Assembly (NCBI GenBank): GCA_965199955.1 | Contig: CBDATQ010000002.1 | Coordinates: 1,568,001 to 1,632,000, forward strand | Origin: Spirochaetia bacterium | Lineage (GTDB): Bacteria; Spirochaetota; Spirochaetia; SZUA-6; Bin103 | Direction: 5' to 3' | DNA: 64,000 bases | In this document: piece after piece, positions 8,994 to 25,084 of the stretch | How positions within the stretch are numbered: position 1 is the stretch's first letter | Layout: the number at the start of each line of letters is the position of its first letter | The notes under the pieces: generated by a model | Seen by the model: the letters and a program-made list of their open reading frames with translations, nothing else | What the model was told of the DNA's origin: nothing | Database searches by the model: none | Made by a program: the position numbers and the translations under genes

Positions 8994-10463
8994 TCAGGAC
9001 TCACCCGACGGGCGGTCCAGTCCGGCGGGACGTGTCCCCGCCCAGGGGCGGGCGGACTCGAACGCGGCGGAGGCGGCCAGCACGGTCATCTCGTCCTGCA
9101 TGGCTCCGACGATCTGCAGGCCGATCGGCATCCCCTCGGCGTCGAAGCCGCAGGGCACGGTGGCGGCGGGATTGCCGGACAGGTTGAACAGGTAGGTGAA
9201 CGGGGTGAAGCCGAAACGGCCGTGCACGACCGGCTCGCCCCCGACCGTCTGCGGATACTCGCCGATCCGAAACGCCGTGGTGGCGGTTGTGGGCGTCAGC
9301 AACAGGTCGTGTCCGGAGAAGAACCGGGCGGCGAACGTCTTGTAGCGGCCGATCTTGTTCATGCAGGTCAGGTAGTCGAGCGCCTGCGCGCGCCGGCCCT
9401 GCTCCAGGTCCTCCGTGAAGTAATCGGTGAGCTGCGCGGCCCGCTCCGGGTCGTGGAGCTGAGCGCTCCAGCGCCCGTACGCCCGGATGCAGAACATGTC
9501 CATGAAGGTGCGGAAGATCGCCTCGTGCCCGTCCGGGGCGTACTCGACCTCCTCGACCCGGGCTCCGAGCTCCTCGAAGACGCGCGCGGCGGCGCTCACC
9601 GCCGCCCGGACCTCGGGATCGCAGCCGGCGCCGCCCAGGCCGGTGGTGTCGAGCCCGACGCGCAGTCCGGCCACTCCGCGCGGCAGCGCCTCCGTGAAGT
9701 CCGGCGGCTCCTCCGGAAGTGTCCCGAACTCGGCGTCGTCGGCCGGCCCGGCCAGCACGTTCAGGAAGATCGCCGCGTCGCGGACGTCCCAGGTCATCGG
9801 CCCGACCGAGGAGTTGTTGAAGACGCTGTAGGAGTGCTCGTCCACGTGCTTGCGCGGCACGCGCCCCTGCGTCGCCTTGATGCCGTAGATCCCGGACAGC
9901 GAGCCGGGGATGCGGATCGAGCCGCCTCCGTCCGAGCCCTGGGCGATCGCGGTGATGCCGGCGGCCACCGCCACCGCCGCGCCGCCGCTGGAGCCTCCGG
10001 GCGTGCGCGCGGGGTTCCAGGGGTTGCGCGCGGGGCCGGTCACCCGGTTCTCGGTGGTGCCGTTGTGGCCGTGCTCGGGGGTGTTGGTCTTGCCGGCGAT
10101 GATGCCGCCGGCCGCGCGCACGCGGTCGGTGCACATCGCGCTCGATGTTGCGATCCCGTCGTCGACCAGCGACCCCTGGGACAGCCGGAAACCCTCGACC
10201 GCTTCCAGGTCCTTGATCGGCACCGGTATGCCGTGCAGGGGGCCCAGCTCGCGGCCGTCCATGACCGCCTGCTCGGCGGCGCGGGCCTCGTCCATGGCGT
10301 GGTCGGCCATGACCGTGACGAACCCGCCGAGCGACCCGTCGAGCCGCTCGATGCGGTCGAGCGTGAACTGCATCAGCTCGACCGGCGACAATCGGCGCGT
10401 GCCGATCAGGCCGCGCAGGACGTGCGCGGGAGTGTAGGCGAGATCAGGGCTGGACGCTGGCAT
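8994..10463 (-). CDS. Amidase signature family protein
   Basis: IKDL, GKTNTPE, GGSSGG, GSDGGGSIRIP, PIGLQIV. Confidence 0.92.
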   Translation of the reverse strand: MPASSPDLAYTPAHVLRGLIGTRRLSPVELMQFTLDRIERLDGSLGGFVTVMADHAMDEARAAEQAVMDGRELGPLHGIPVPIKDLEAVEGFRLSQGSLVDDGIATSSAMCTDRVRAAGGIIAGKTNTPEHGHNGTTENRVTGPARNPWNPARTPGGSSGGAAVAVAAGITAIAQGSDGGGSIRIPGSLSGIYGIKATQGRVPRKHVDEHSYSVFNNSSVGPMTWDVRDAAIFLNVLAGPADDAEFGTLPEEPPDFTEALPRGVAGLRVGLDTTGLGGAGCDPEVRAAVSAAARVFEELGARVEEVEYAPDGHEAIFRTFMDMFCIRAYGRWSAQLHDPERAAQLTDYFTEDLEQGRRAQALDYLTCMNKIGRYKTFAARFFSGHDLLLTPTTATTAFRIGEYPQTVGGEPVVHGRFGFTPFTYLFNLSGNPAATVPCGFDAEGMPIGLQIVGAMQDEMTVLAASAAFESARPWAGTRPAGLDRPSGES

Positions 10464-10638
10464 GGGACATGGACCTCCGAATCGCGGGTTGACCGGCCGG
10501 CTCTGTTGACGGGGGTTTCCCGCAAGCCGCCGTTATGCTTTATCATGCACCATGGTAGGGCTCACCCGCGGAGCGTCTGTCGTCCTGCCATAACGCGCTC
10601 CGGAAAAAGGTTGTAGTACAGTCGGTCGAAATCGAATC

Positions 10639-15303
<4,665 letters not shown>

Positions 15304-15330
15304 CCGCGCCTGCCGCGGTCGCACGAAACC

Positions 15331-16791
<1,461 letters not shown>

Positions 16792-17110
16792 TTGCCACGC
16801 GGCAGGCTACCGTTTGCCTCGCCGAACCCGAACTACGAGTACCCCCAGGAGCGCATCAACGAGGCGCTGGCGGAACTGCCCCCGGTCGGCTGATCCGGAA
16901 CGCGGGCGGGCCGAGCGTCGCCTCAGACGCCGGCCTGACGGGCCGCGGTCTCGGTGTGGTCGCGGAATTCGTCGAAGGAGCAGCTTCCGTATGACTGCGG
17001 ACAGGCGAACGTCTGTTCCGTGCGCAGGAGGTCCGCGCGCGACTCGTTGAGGCGCAGGGCGCGGGCTACGAACTGCCCCCAGGTGCCGAGCCCGGCCTTG
17101 TGGTCGCCGC

Positions 17111-17296
17111 TGTACCGACCTGCGCTCGCTGCGCTCGTTCCACGCCGACTACCCGGAGGCAGTTTGTCTGCTCCTGCACCTGGGTGAGGAGGAGTTGTCC
17201 ATCGACGGCGTCCTGTGCTTGCCGTGCGAGCGGTTCCTTCGCCGACTGCATCTGCGAGACGCGCTGTCATCGCGCGACTACACTCGCCTCCGATGA
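17111..17296 (+). pseudogene. C-terminal scrap of an AAA/DUF4143-type ATP-binding protein
   Basis: TDLRSLRSFHADYPEAVCLLLHLGEEELSIDGVLCLPCERFLRRL...*; no start; stop overlaps the next ATG (ATGA). Confidence 0.5.
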
Positions 17297-18132
17297 GATT
17301 CCCAACGCGGCAGATCGAGCGCTTCCGCCACGACGGCTACCTGGCCGTGCCCGGCTTCTACGGCGCGGACGAAGTCGCCGCGCTGCAGGCCGAGGTGGAG
17401 CGATTCAAGCGCGAGGGGCTGGTCCGTAACGTGGCCACGGACGGGGACGGCACGACCCACTCGACCACCAAGGCCAACCTGCAGCTCATCCCGCTGTTCG
17501 ACAAGAGCGACCTGGTCCGGGCGCTGCCGTTTGACGCGAAGGTGGTGGAGGCCGTGAGCCAACTGATCGGCGACCCGTTCCTGCTGCACCTGGACCAGAT
17601 GTTCCTCAAGCCGGCCCGCCACGGCGCCGGCACGGCCTGGCATCAGGACAACGCCTACTTCAGGATCGCCGACCCCCTGCGCGGCACGGCGATGTGGATC
17701 GCCATCCACGACGCCACCCTCGCCAACGGCACCCTGCACCTGATCCCCGGCAGCCACCGCGAGCGCTACGAGCACCGCCGCGACCTCGACTCCGACCACC
17801 ACATCCGCGCTTGGCCGCCCGAGGAGCGGGCTGTGCCGATCGAGCTGGAAGCAGGCGGCGTCGCCTTCTTCTGCTACGGCACCGCCCATTGCACGCGGGC
17901 CAACGCCACCGACTGCGAGCGGGCAGGCATGGCGTTCCACTTCCTGCACGCCGACTACGCGGCCCCCGACCTGGTAGAGGGCGACCGCCGCACCCGTCCC
18001 TACGTGACCGGTCCCTGCGCCACCGGCGGCCGCGCGGAGTACTGCGTCGAGGTCGCGGGCACTTGGGAACGGGAAGTGGAACGCGTGAACGGCGCGCTGG
18101 ACTCTGGTTGTGGGGCGACCAAGTCTCCATAG
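17293..18132 (+). CDS. PhyH family dioxygenase
   Basis: FRHDGYL, FLKP, TAWHQDNAY, WIAIHDAT..NGTLHLIPGSH, AHCT. Confidence 0.9.
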   Translation: MRFPTRQIERFRHDGYLAVPGFYGADEVAALQAEVERFKREGLVRNVATDGDGTTHSTTKANLQLIPLFDKSDLVRALPFDAKVVEAVSQLIGDPFLLHLDQMFLKPARHGAGTAWHQDNAYFRIADPLRGTAMWIAIHDATLANGTLHLIPGSHRERYEHRRDLDSDHHIRAWPPEERAVPIELEAGGVAFFCYGTAHCTRANATDCERAGMAFHFLHADYAAPDLVEGDRRTRPYVTGPCATGGRAEYCVEVAGTWEREVERVNGALDSGCGATKSP

Positions 18133-18165
18133 CGGTGGCGGCCGGGCTCGTGTATCCTCGTCTCG

Positions 18166-18397
18166 ATGTCTGAGCGGTCTCAGTCCGTCATCGCCGACGC
18201 GCTCGCGCTGCCGCCCCTTACACCGTCCCGTACGAGCAGATCAAGAGACAACTCTCTCAACCGTGACGGTTGAGTTCCTGCCGCAGGCCCGAACGGAATG
18301 GGCCGAAGCCATCGCTTTCTACAACGAGCAACGCTCCAATCTTGGATACGAGTTCGCCATAGAGGTCGATCGTACCGTAGACCGGATCCGGCAGCAT
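18166..18397 (+). pseudogene. Decayed addiction module: antitoxin N-terminus plus truncated RelE/ParE toxin
   Basis: MSERSQSVIADALALPPL from 18166; GTG 18263 gives MTVEFLPQARTEWAEAIAFYNEQRSNLGYEFAIEVDRTVDRIRQH, C-terminal half missing. Confidence 0.7.
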
Positions 18398-18422
18398 CAT
18401 GGACATGCAGGAGGAGGCAGGC

Positions 18423-19289
18423 ATGGCGGCACTCGGTGACGAGCAAGTTGCGTTCTTTCGCAAGTTCGGCTTCTTGATCTTTCGTCGATTATTGGGCGCC
18501 GACGAGGTCGAGACCATCGCGCGCGAAGCGGAAGTCGCAATCGAGGAGATCTATCAGGGCCGGGAAGGCGGCTACCGGGGAAGGTGGGCACCGCTCCAGC
18601 GCCCGTCCACCCCGTTCAGCGCCTCCCTGCTCGAGGACCCGCGTTTCTACGGCATCGCGACCGAGCTGTTCGATGAGAGTCTCATCGGCCTCATGTCCGA
18701 CATGCTGGTATGGCTTGGCGACACCGTTTGGCACCGCGACCAGGATGTGCCCGGCAACACAGGACTGAAGTTCCTCTACTACTTCGACTCGCTTACGACG
18801 GAGACCGGCTGCCTGCGCGTCGTGCCGGGCTCCCACCTGGAGCCGGATCGAAGCGAGGTCGGCGACGTCGAGCCGGTACGCCTTGCCTCGGGCCAGGAAC
18901 ACTACATGCAGATCGTGCGCCAGCTCGCGGGCCGGGACCCCGCCGAAGTGCCGCCCGACCAGGTGCTGCTGCCGCCGGTGGCCGTGGAGACCGTCCCTGG
19001 TGACGTGATCGTCTTTGCGCTGCCGCTGCTCCACGCCAGCTTCGGCGGCGCTCCCAACCGGCGTATCGGCTCCAGCATTTACTGGGCTCCGTCAGGAACG
19101 CCGGAGCTGGCAGAGGCCCGGCGCCGCGAAGCGGGCATCATTCAGAGCAACCATCACCGGATGTTCAACTACCCGACCGACGCGCCGTTCGCGCACCCCG
19201 ACTGGATCGCCGGGGCCGCGGGCAATCCCGTACGAGAGCGATGGGTGGAGTGCCTGCGCGACCTGGAGTGGATCCCGCGGCCGGTGTGA
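18423..19289 (+). CDS. PhyH family dioxygenase
   Basis: QVAFFRKFGFL, WHRD, GCLRVVPGSH, PGDVIVF...LHASFGG; AGGAGG RBS. Confidence 0.88.
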   Translation: MAALGDEQVAFFRKFGFLIFRRLLGADEVETIAREAEVAIEEIYQGREGGYRGRWAPLQRPSTPFSASLLEDPRFYGIATELFDESLIGLMSDMLVWLGDTVWHRDQDVPGNTGLKFLYYFDSLTTETGCLRVVPGSHLEPDRSEVGDVEPVRLASGQEHYMQIVRQLAGRDPAEVPPDQVLLPPVAVETVPGDVIVFALPLLHASFGGAPNRRIGSSIYWAPSGTPELAEARRREAGIIQSNHHRMFNYPTDAPFAHPDWIAGAAGNPVRERWVECLRDLEWIPRPV

Positions 19290-19314
19290 CTCGGCCGGCA
19301 AATCCGGCAACATC

Positions 19315-21255
19315 ATGGACATGTCGACTATCGCACCGTACGGCACGTGGGAGTCGCCGATCACCGCGGACCTGATCGTCCAGGACGCGGTGCAGCTCGG
19401 GTCGATCCAGCTCGACGGCTCCGACGTGTATTGGACGGAGATGCGTCCCGCCGAGGGTGGACGCACCGTGATCGTCCGGAGCACGCCGGACGGAGCGGCG
19501 CGGGACGTGACGCCGGCGCCGTTCAACGTGCGCACGCGGGTGCACGAGTACGGCGGGCTGTGCTTCTGGATCGCGGAGGGCGTGGTGTGGTTCGCCAACT
19601 TCGCCGACCAGCGGCTCTACCGGCACGAGCCGGGCGCGGCGCCGGTGGCCATCACTCCGGAGGGCGTGGACCTGCGCTACGGCGACGGCATGGTGGACCG
19701 CGCGCGGGGCCGCTTGGTGTGCGTCCGCGAGGACCACCGCGACGCGGGGCGCGAAGCGGTCAACACCGTCGTCGCGCTGGACCTGGCGGCCGGCGGTGCC
19801 GGCGAGGTGCTGGTGTCCGGCAGCGACTTCTACGGCTACCCGGCGGTGAGCCCCGACGGCACCCGGCTGGCGTGGCTGGCATGGAACCATCCGCACATGC
19901 CCTGGGACGAGAGCGAGCTGTGGGTGGCCGACCTGCGTGCCGGCGGCTCGGTCGCCGCGCCGCGGAAGATCGTCGGCGGCCGCGGCGAGTCGGTGTTCCA
20001 GCCGGAGTGGTCCCCCGACGGCGTGCTCCACTTCGTCTCGGACCGGAGCGGCTGGTGGAACCTGTACCGCTGGCGGGACGCTCAGTGCGAGGCGATGGCG
20101 CCGATGCAGGCCGAGTTCGGGGCGCCGGCATGGCAACTCGGCACCCGCACCTACGCCTTCGAGTCGGCAGGCCGCATCGTCTGCCGGTACGTGCGCGATG
20201 GCCGCTGGCACGTGGCGGCGCTGGACACCCGGAGCAAGCGGCTGGCCCCGGTCGAGACTCCCTTCACCGATCCGTCGCGTGGCGACATCAAGGCCGGCCG
20301 CGGGCGGGTGGTGATGGTCGCTGCCTCGGCGAGCCTCCCCAGTTGTCTGGTGTCGCTGGATCTGGCCAGCGGCCGGATCACTCGGTTACAGGAGTCGCAG
20401 AAGGTCACGATGGACGAGGGGTACCTCTCCGCCCCGCGCCCCCTCGCGTTCGAGACAGCGGACGGCAAGACCGCGCACGCCCTGTACTACCCGCCGCGCA
20501 ACCGTGACTTCGCAGGCCCGCCGGAGGAGCGGCCGCCACTGCTGGTGATGAGCCATGGCGGGCCGACCAGCGCGGCCTCGACCGCGTTGAGCCTCGGCAC
20601 CCAGTACTGGACCAGCCGCGGCATCGCGGTGGTGGACGTGAACTACGGAGGTAGCACCGGCTACGGCACCGCCTACCGGCGCCGGCTCAACGGGAAGTGG
20701 GGGATCGTGGACGTGGACGACTGCGTCAACGCCGCCCTGCACCTGGTCCGCGCCGGCGAGGTGGACGGCGATCGGCTGCTGATCACCGGCGGAAGCGCCG
20801 GCGGCTTCACCACGCTGGCCGCGCTGACCTTCCGCGACGTGTTCCGCGCCGGGGCCAGCTACTACGGGGTGAGCGACCTCGAAGCGCTTGCCAGGGACAC
20901 CCACAAGTTCGAGTCGCGCTACCTGGACTCCCTGATCGGTCCGTATCCCGAGCAGCGCGACCGCTACCGGGCGCGCTCGCCGATCCACCACACCGACCGT
21001 CTCTCCTGCCCGATCATCCTGCTGCAGGGTCTGGAGGACCGGGTCGTGCCCCCGAGTCAGGCCGAGGAAATGCTTGAGGCCATGCGCCGGAAAGGGCTGC
21101 CGGTCGCCTACCTGCCGTTCGCCGGCGAACAGCACGGCTTCCGCAAGGCCAAGAACGCGAAGCGCGCCCTCGAAGCCGAGCTCTTCTTTTACTCCCGCAT
21201 CCTCGGCTTCACCCCGGGCGACGCGATCGAACCGGTAGCGATCGAGAACCTCTAG
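19315..21255 (+). CDS. S9 family (prolyl oligopeptidase/acylaminoacyl) peptidase
   Basis: APYGTWESPITAD, HGGPT, GGSAGG, QGLEDRVVP, GEQHGFR. Confidence 0.93.
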   Translation: MDMSTIAPYGTWESPITADLIVQDAVQLGSIQLDGSDVYWTEMRPAEGGRTVIVRSTPDGAARDVTPAPFNVRTRVHEYGGLCFWIAEGVVWFANFADQRLYRHEPGAAPVAITPEGVDLRYGDGMVDRARGRLVCVREDHRDAGREAVNTVVALDLAAGGAGEVLVSGSDFYGYPAVSPDGTRLAWLAWNHPHMPWDESELWVADLRAGGSVAAPRKIVGGRGESVFQPEWSPDGVLHFVSDRSGWWNLYRWRDAQCEAMAPMQAEFGAPAWQLGTRTYAFESAGRIVCRYVRDGRWHVAALDTRSKRLAPVETPFTDPSRGDIKAGRGRVVMVAASASLPSCLVSLDLASGRITRLQESQKVTMDEGYLSAPRPLAFETADGKTAHALYYPPRNRDFAGPPEERPPLLVMSHGGPTSAASTALSLGTQYWTSRGIAVVDVNYGGSTGYGTAYRRRLNGKWGIVDVDDCVNAALHLVRAGEVDGDRLLITGGSAGGFTTLAALTFRDVFRAGASYYGVSDLEALARDTHKFESRYLDSLIGPYPEQRDRYRARSPIHHTDRLSCPIILLQGLEDRVVPPSQAEEMLEAMRRKGLPVAYLPFAGEQHGFRKAKNAKRALEAELFFYSRILGFTPGDAIEPVAIENL

Positions 21256-23251
21256 CCCGAAGTTCCAGGAGCGAAATTGCCTGAAGTCCTTGTGGTCAGG
21301 GTAGTTTCTCAATGGTGCAGGTTCCTGTGCATGGCTACATGCGGGGCGTGACCCCAAGCAGCTCGAAACAGCGCTGCTGAACCGGCGTCGGGTGCGTGTG
21401 CAGCGTGAACGTGCTGCCGCCCTCTGCAACCTGCATCGTGTTCGCCGTCAGCGTGCCCAGCTCAGTGATCAGCGTGCGAAAGCTGTGCACCGGCAACCCG
21501 TCCTCGGTGCGCTTGCTCGACGCCTTGGCCGCCGCGGCCGCCGATCGCTGCCGGAGCCACCTCGGAGACCCGCTTGCGCTCGGCGCCCTGTCGATCGTGA
21601 TCGTCGAACAGCAACGGCGCCAGCGAGCGCCGCATGTGCCACTCCACGTAGTAGGCCAGCATGCACAGCAGCACGTGCGCCCGCACCCGATCGGCGCGCC
21701 GGTGGTGAATCGGGCGCACCTTCAGGTCCACGGACTTCATGCACCGAAACGCCCGCTCCACCTTCGACAGCCCCTTGTAGGCGCGCACCGTCTGCGCCGC
21801 GTCGAGCACCTGCGGCTCCACGTTGCTGCGCACGATGTACAGCCCGTCCAGCGCCTGCTCGGCGTCGATCTTGGCCTCATCGCGCCGAAAGCTGAACGAC
21901 TCGGAGGTGATCTCGGTCACGAAGTGCTTGCCCACCTTGTAGTGATTGATCACCTTGCCGACCCGCATGCCGATCTCGGCCTCGCCCCGTAGCGGCTGAT
22001 GGACGCGCTGGGTGGCCTGAGCGATCGGGGCCAGCTTCTGCTCGGTGGCCTGTAGCAGCTCCTGGCGCTTGCGCTCCCGTTCGTCGGCCAGCAACGGGTT
22101 GCGGCACACGATCAGCCGCTCGCCCGGAAACTCCTCGCTGGTGATCTCGGCCAGGTCGCGCTCGTCGAACAACGACGGCGCCACCTCGCCGGCGGCCACC
22201 AGCTTGCGGATCGTCGGCGCGCGCAGCGTGGTGATCCAGCGCAGCCCCTCCACCTCTTGCAGGTCCTCGCGGATCCTCGCCGCGCTCAGCATCCCGCGGT
22301 CGCCGACCAGCACCACCCGCGTGAGCCCGAAGCGGGTGCGGATCTTGTCCACCTGCGCGCTCACCGTCTTCGGGTCGGCGGTAGAGCCAGGGAATACCTC
22401 CACCGCCACCGGACAGCCTTCCTGGGTGCACAGCAGCCCGAACACGATCTGCAGCGTGCCCGACTTGCCGTCACGGCTGTGTCCCAACTGCGCCAGCTCG
22501 CAGTGGCTGCCCTCGAAGTAGGTCGAGCTCACGTCGTAGAGCACCAGCGTGTGCTCGCTGAGGTGCTGTTCGGCCAGGCGGTCCTCGATCGCCGCCTGGC
22601 GCCCGACCAACCAGTCCATCGCCTCGTAGAGCTCGTTCTCATCGACCTCCCCCAACCGCAGCGACTCGCCCAGGGTGGACACGGCGCTGGGCGGTGAGAG
22701 CGCGCGGGCGGTGGCCAGTTTGGACTGCGCGTCGATGACGCGGGCGGTGATCATGGCGATGATCAGCTCGCGCGAGCGGCTGGCCTTGCGGGCGATGAGG
22801 GTATGGAGTCCGAGCTGCTTGAGGATGCCCAGCACGGCGGCGACGTGGCCGTGGGGCAGCGAGCGCGTGAGCAGCAACGCATCCGAGACCGAGGCGAAGG
22901 CGTGGCCGCCCTTGAGCAGGGTGCGCAAGCCGTCGACCAGATCAGGGGGCCATTTGGAGAGGTTCGCGAGCGTGCGCTTCTTGACCTTGCCGTGCTCGCG
23001 GTAGGACTCGCGGAGCAGGATGGCAGGGGGAGAGGAGCGGTTGGGGACAGACTCGATGTACATGACTACTGATCTGTGGCAACAGAATACACACAAGTCA
23101 CGATATGTCAAGATCAAATAGCATGTATCTCGCCGCTATTCACCACCATCTACATGGACACGAAACGACGCCAATCAGCACGCAGATCACCTTTCAACTA
23201 ATTTCTGTCAATGAAGTTACGAGAGATTCACGCTCTGGAACTTCGGTCTAG
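21252..23251 (-). mobile_element. IS1634 family insertion sequence
   Basis: Terminal inverted repeats CTAG-cCCGAAGTTCCAG (21252-21268) and CTGGAACTTCGGt-CTAG (23235-23251) enclosing the transposase. Confidence 0.85.
21335..23063 (-). pseudogene. IS1634 family transposase with a frameshift near the C-terminus
   Basis: MYIESVPNRSSPPAILLRESYRE, LYDVSSTYFEG, VGDRGM, VERAFR; conserved tail KRTEDGLPVHSFRTLI...QRCFELLGV continues in another frame after ~21549. Confidence 0.85.
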
Positions 23252-24101
23252 CTAGTGGACCGTACCATCTGCTTTCGTACTGTGATTGGAGGTATGGGAG
23301 AGGGAATCGTATTGACCGAAGCCGAGCATCGCGAACTCACCAAGCGGGCCAGGAGTCGCACTGGTCGAGCCGAGGATGCGCGCCGTGCGCGCGTCATTCT
23401 GCTGCTCGCTGAGCGACTCACGTGGGACGTAGTGTGCGAACGAGCCGAGTGCAGCCGCGGCTTCGTGGCGATGTGGGCTGGCCGCTTTCGGGCCGAGCGA
23501 TTGGCAGGACTGTACAGCCGGCACCGCGGTCAGAAGCCGTTTCGCTGCACGCCGAGCGTGGAGGCCAGGATCCTCAACGCCACGCGCAAGGCGCCGACCG
23601 ATGGCGCCACGCACTGGAGCACGCGCCGCCTGGCGGCGAAGCTGGGAGTGTCGCACGGCACGCTGGCGCTGTACGCGGCGTTCAATACGAAGACCGGCGA
23701 GGTGCTCGGCAAGACCGCCACGCGGCACACCTCGGAGCAGTTTGTGGCGTTTCTGCGCGAGATCGTGGCGCATCAGCCGGCCGGCCAGGAGATTCATGTG
23801 ATCGCCGACAACCTGTCGGCGCACAAGATGAAGCGAGTGCAGGAGTTTCTGAGCGACCATCCGACGGTGCGGCTGCATTTCACGCCGACCTACTCGTCGT
23901 GGTTGAACCAGGTGGAGCTGTGGTTTGCGAAGATCTCGCGCGACGTGATCACCCGCGGAGTGTTCAGTTCAGTGGCGGATCTGAAGAGCAAGCTGATGAG
24001 ATACATCCGCGAATACAACAAGAATCCGCGGGTCGTGAAGTGGCATTATGTTGATCCGTCACGACACATCGGTGCATGAATTCTCGTTACAGTCCACCTA
24101 G
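23252..24101 (+). mobile_element. IS630 family insertion sequence (internally deleted)
   Basis: Ends CTAGTGGACCGTAC (23252-) and GTTACAGTCCACCTAG (-24101) form an imperfect inverted repeat around TA/CTAG. Confidence 0.8.
23294..24079 (+). pseudogene. IS630 family transposase with in-frame central deletion
   Basis: RRARVILL HTH and HWSTRRLA are joined directly (GVSH|GTLALYAA) to IADNLSAHK, HFTPTYSSWLNQVE; the segment carrying the first catalytic Asp (VDEK) is absent. Confidence 0.8.
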
Positions 24102-24165
24102 ATCCACCCGGACGGCGGCAGGAAGTGGAAGCGCGGCCGGTAGCGGTCGTCGATCGCGGCCGGGC
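24102..24165 (-). pseudogene. GH32 N-terminal scrap abutting IS630
   Basis: AIDDRYRPRFHFLPPSGWI then stop at the CTAG; matches the GH32 'RP.FHF.P..GW(M/I)NDPNG' motif cut before NDP. Confidence 0.6.
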
Positions 24166-24167
24166 CG

Positions 24168-25055
24168 CTACTCCTCGGTGACGAAATGCTGGTACAGCGG
24201 CTGCACGTCGGCCGGCAACCGCTCGAACACCTCGCGGCGCATGGGCACGGCGTCGTAGTTCTTGCCGCCGGTGGCCAGGACCATGCGGTCGTGGTCGGGG
24301 GTGCCGCGGATCGACGGCGTGAGGTTCAGCCACCACGGCGCGTAGCGGATGATCAGCGCCACGCGCAGGTCGTCGCTCACGTTGGCCGCGACCGCGTGCC
24401 ACAGGCGGCTGTCGTAGAGCAGTACGCTGCCGGCGGTGCCGGTGACCTGGAGCTGGTCGGGGTGGGGGCCGTCCTTGTCGAAGCCCTGCAGGGTCTCGCC
24501 GGCCGGGTTGTCGGTGAACTTGTGGCTGCCGGGGACGATGAAGGTGCCACCGTTGTCGGTGGTGAAATCGGTGAGCATCCAGATGCCGGACAGGTGCATG
24601 AGCGCGTCGGGGTAGGGCGCCTTGACGTGGGTGGAGTTGGTGGCGTTGTAGGGCCAGTCGGAGTGCCAGTAGCCGCGCGTGCTGCCGGGGTTGGTGATCA
24701 CGCAGTCGGTGCAGGAGATGCGCACGAAGTCACCGAACAGCGCGGTGGCGACGCCCAGGATGCGCGGGTCGGATAGATATTCGGCGAAGCACTGCGTCTC
24801 GTTGATCACCTGGCGCAGGTTGTCCACGCCGGGGGAGCCGACGCGGTGGCCGCGCGAGCGCGTCTTCTCCAGCTCCGCGAGGGCCTGCGCGTGGTTGGCG
24901 CGCTGCGCGGCGAACACCTCGTCGCGCACGTGGCCGACCTTGTCGGCCGGGATCACGCCAGGGACCACGCAGTAGCCGTGGCGGCCGAGCGTATCGACGA
25001 TCTCCTCGATGGTGCTGCCGGTGGCGGGGCTGCGCCCGGGAGCAATGGTACTCAT
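24168..25055 (-). CDS. PhyH family dioxygenase
   Basis: HGYCVVPGVI, WHSDWP, WMLTDFTTDNGGTFIVPGSH, AGSVLLYDSRLWHAV. Confidence 0.9.
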   Translation of the reverse strand: MSTIAPGRSPATGSTIEEIVDTLGRHGYCVVPGVIPADKVGHVRDEVFAAQRANHAQALAELEKTRSRGHRVGSPGVDNLRQVINETQCFAEYLSDPRILGVATALFGDFVRISCTDCVITNPGSTRGYWHSDWPYNATNSTHVKAPYPDALMHLSGIWMLTDFTTDNGGTFIVPGSHKFTDNPAGETLQGFDKDGPHPDQLQVTGTAGSVLLYDSRLWHAVAANVSDDLRVALIIRYAPWWLNLTPSIRGTPDHDRMVLATGGKNYDAVPMRREVFERLPADVQPLYQHFVTEE

Positions 25056-25084
25056 AACAGGCAGGGATTATAGCAAACGGGCGT

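Noticed and set aside
10500..10550. Sigma70 promoter for gltB (TTGACG...TATGCT)
   Set aside because: Spacer is 22 bp, too long; a promoter is likely in this gap but cannot be placed.
23064..23250. AT-rich non-coding stretch as a possible IS-encoded guide or bridge RNA
   Set aside because: It lies inside the IS1634 left end upstream of a DDE transposase; explained as promoter/terminal region, and no TnpB, IscB or IS110 protein is present.
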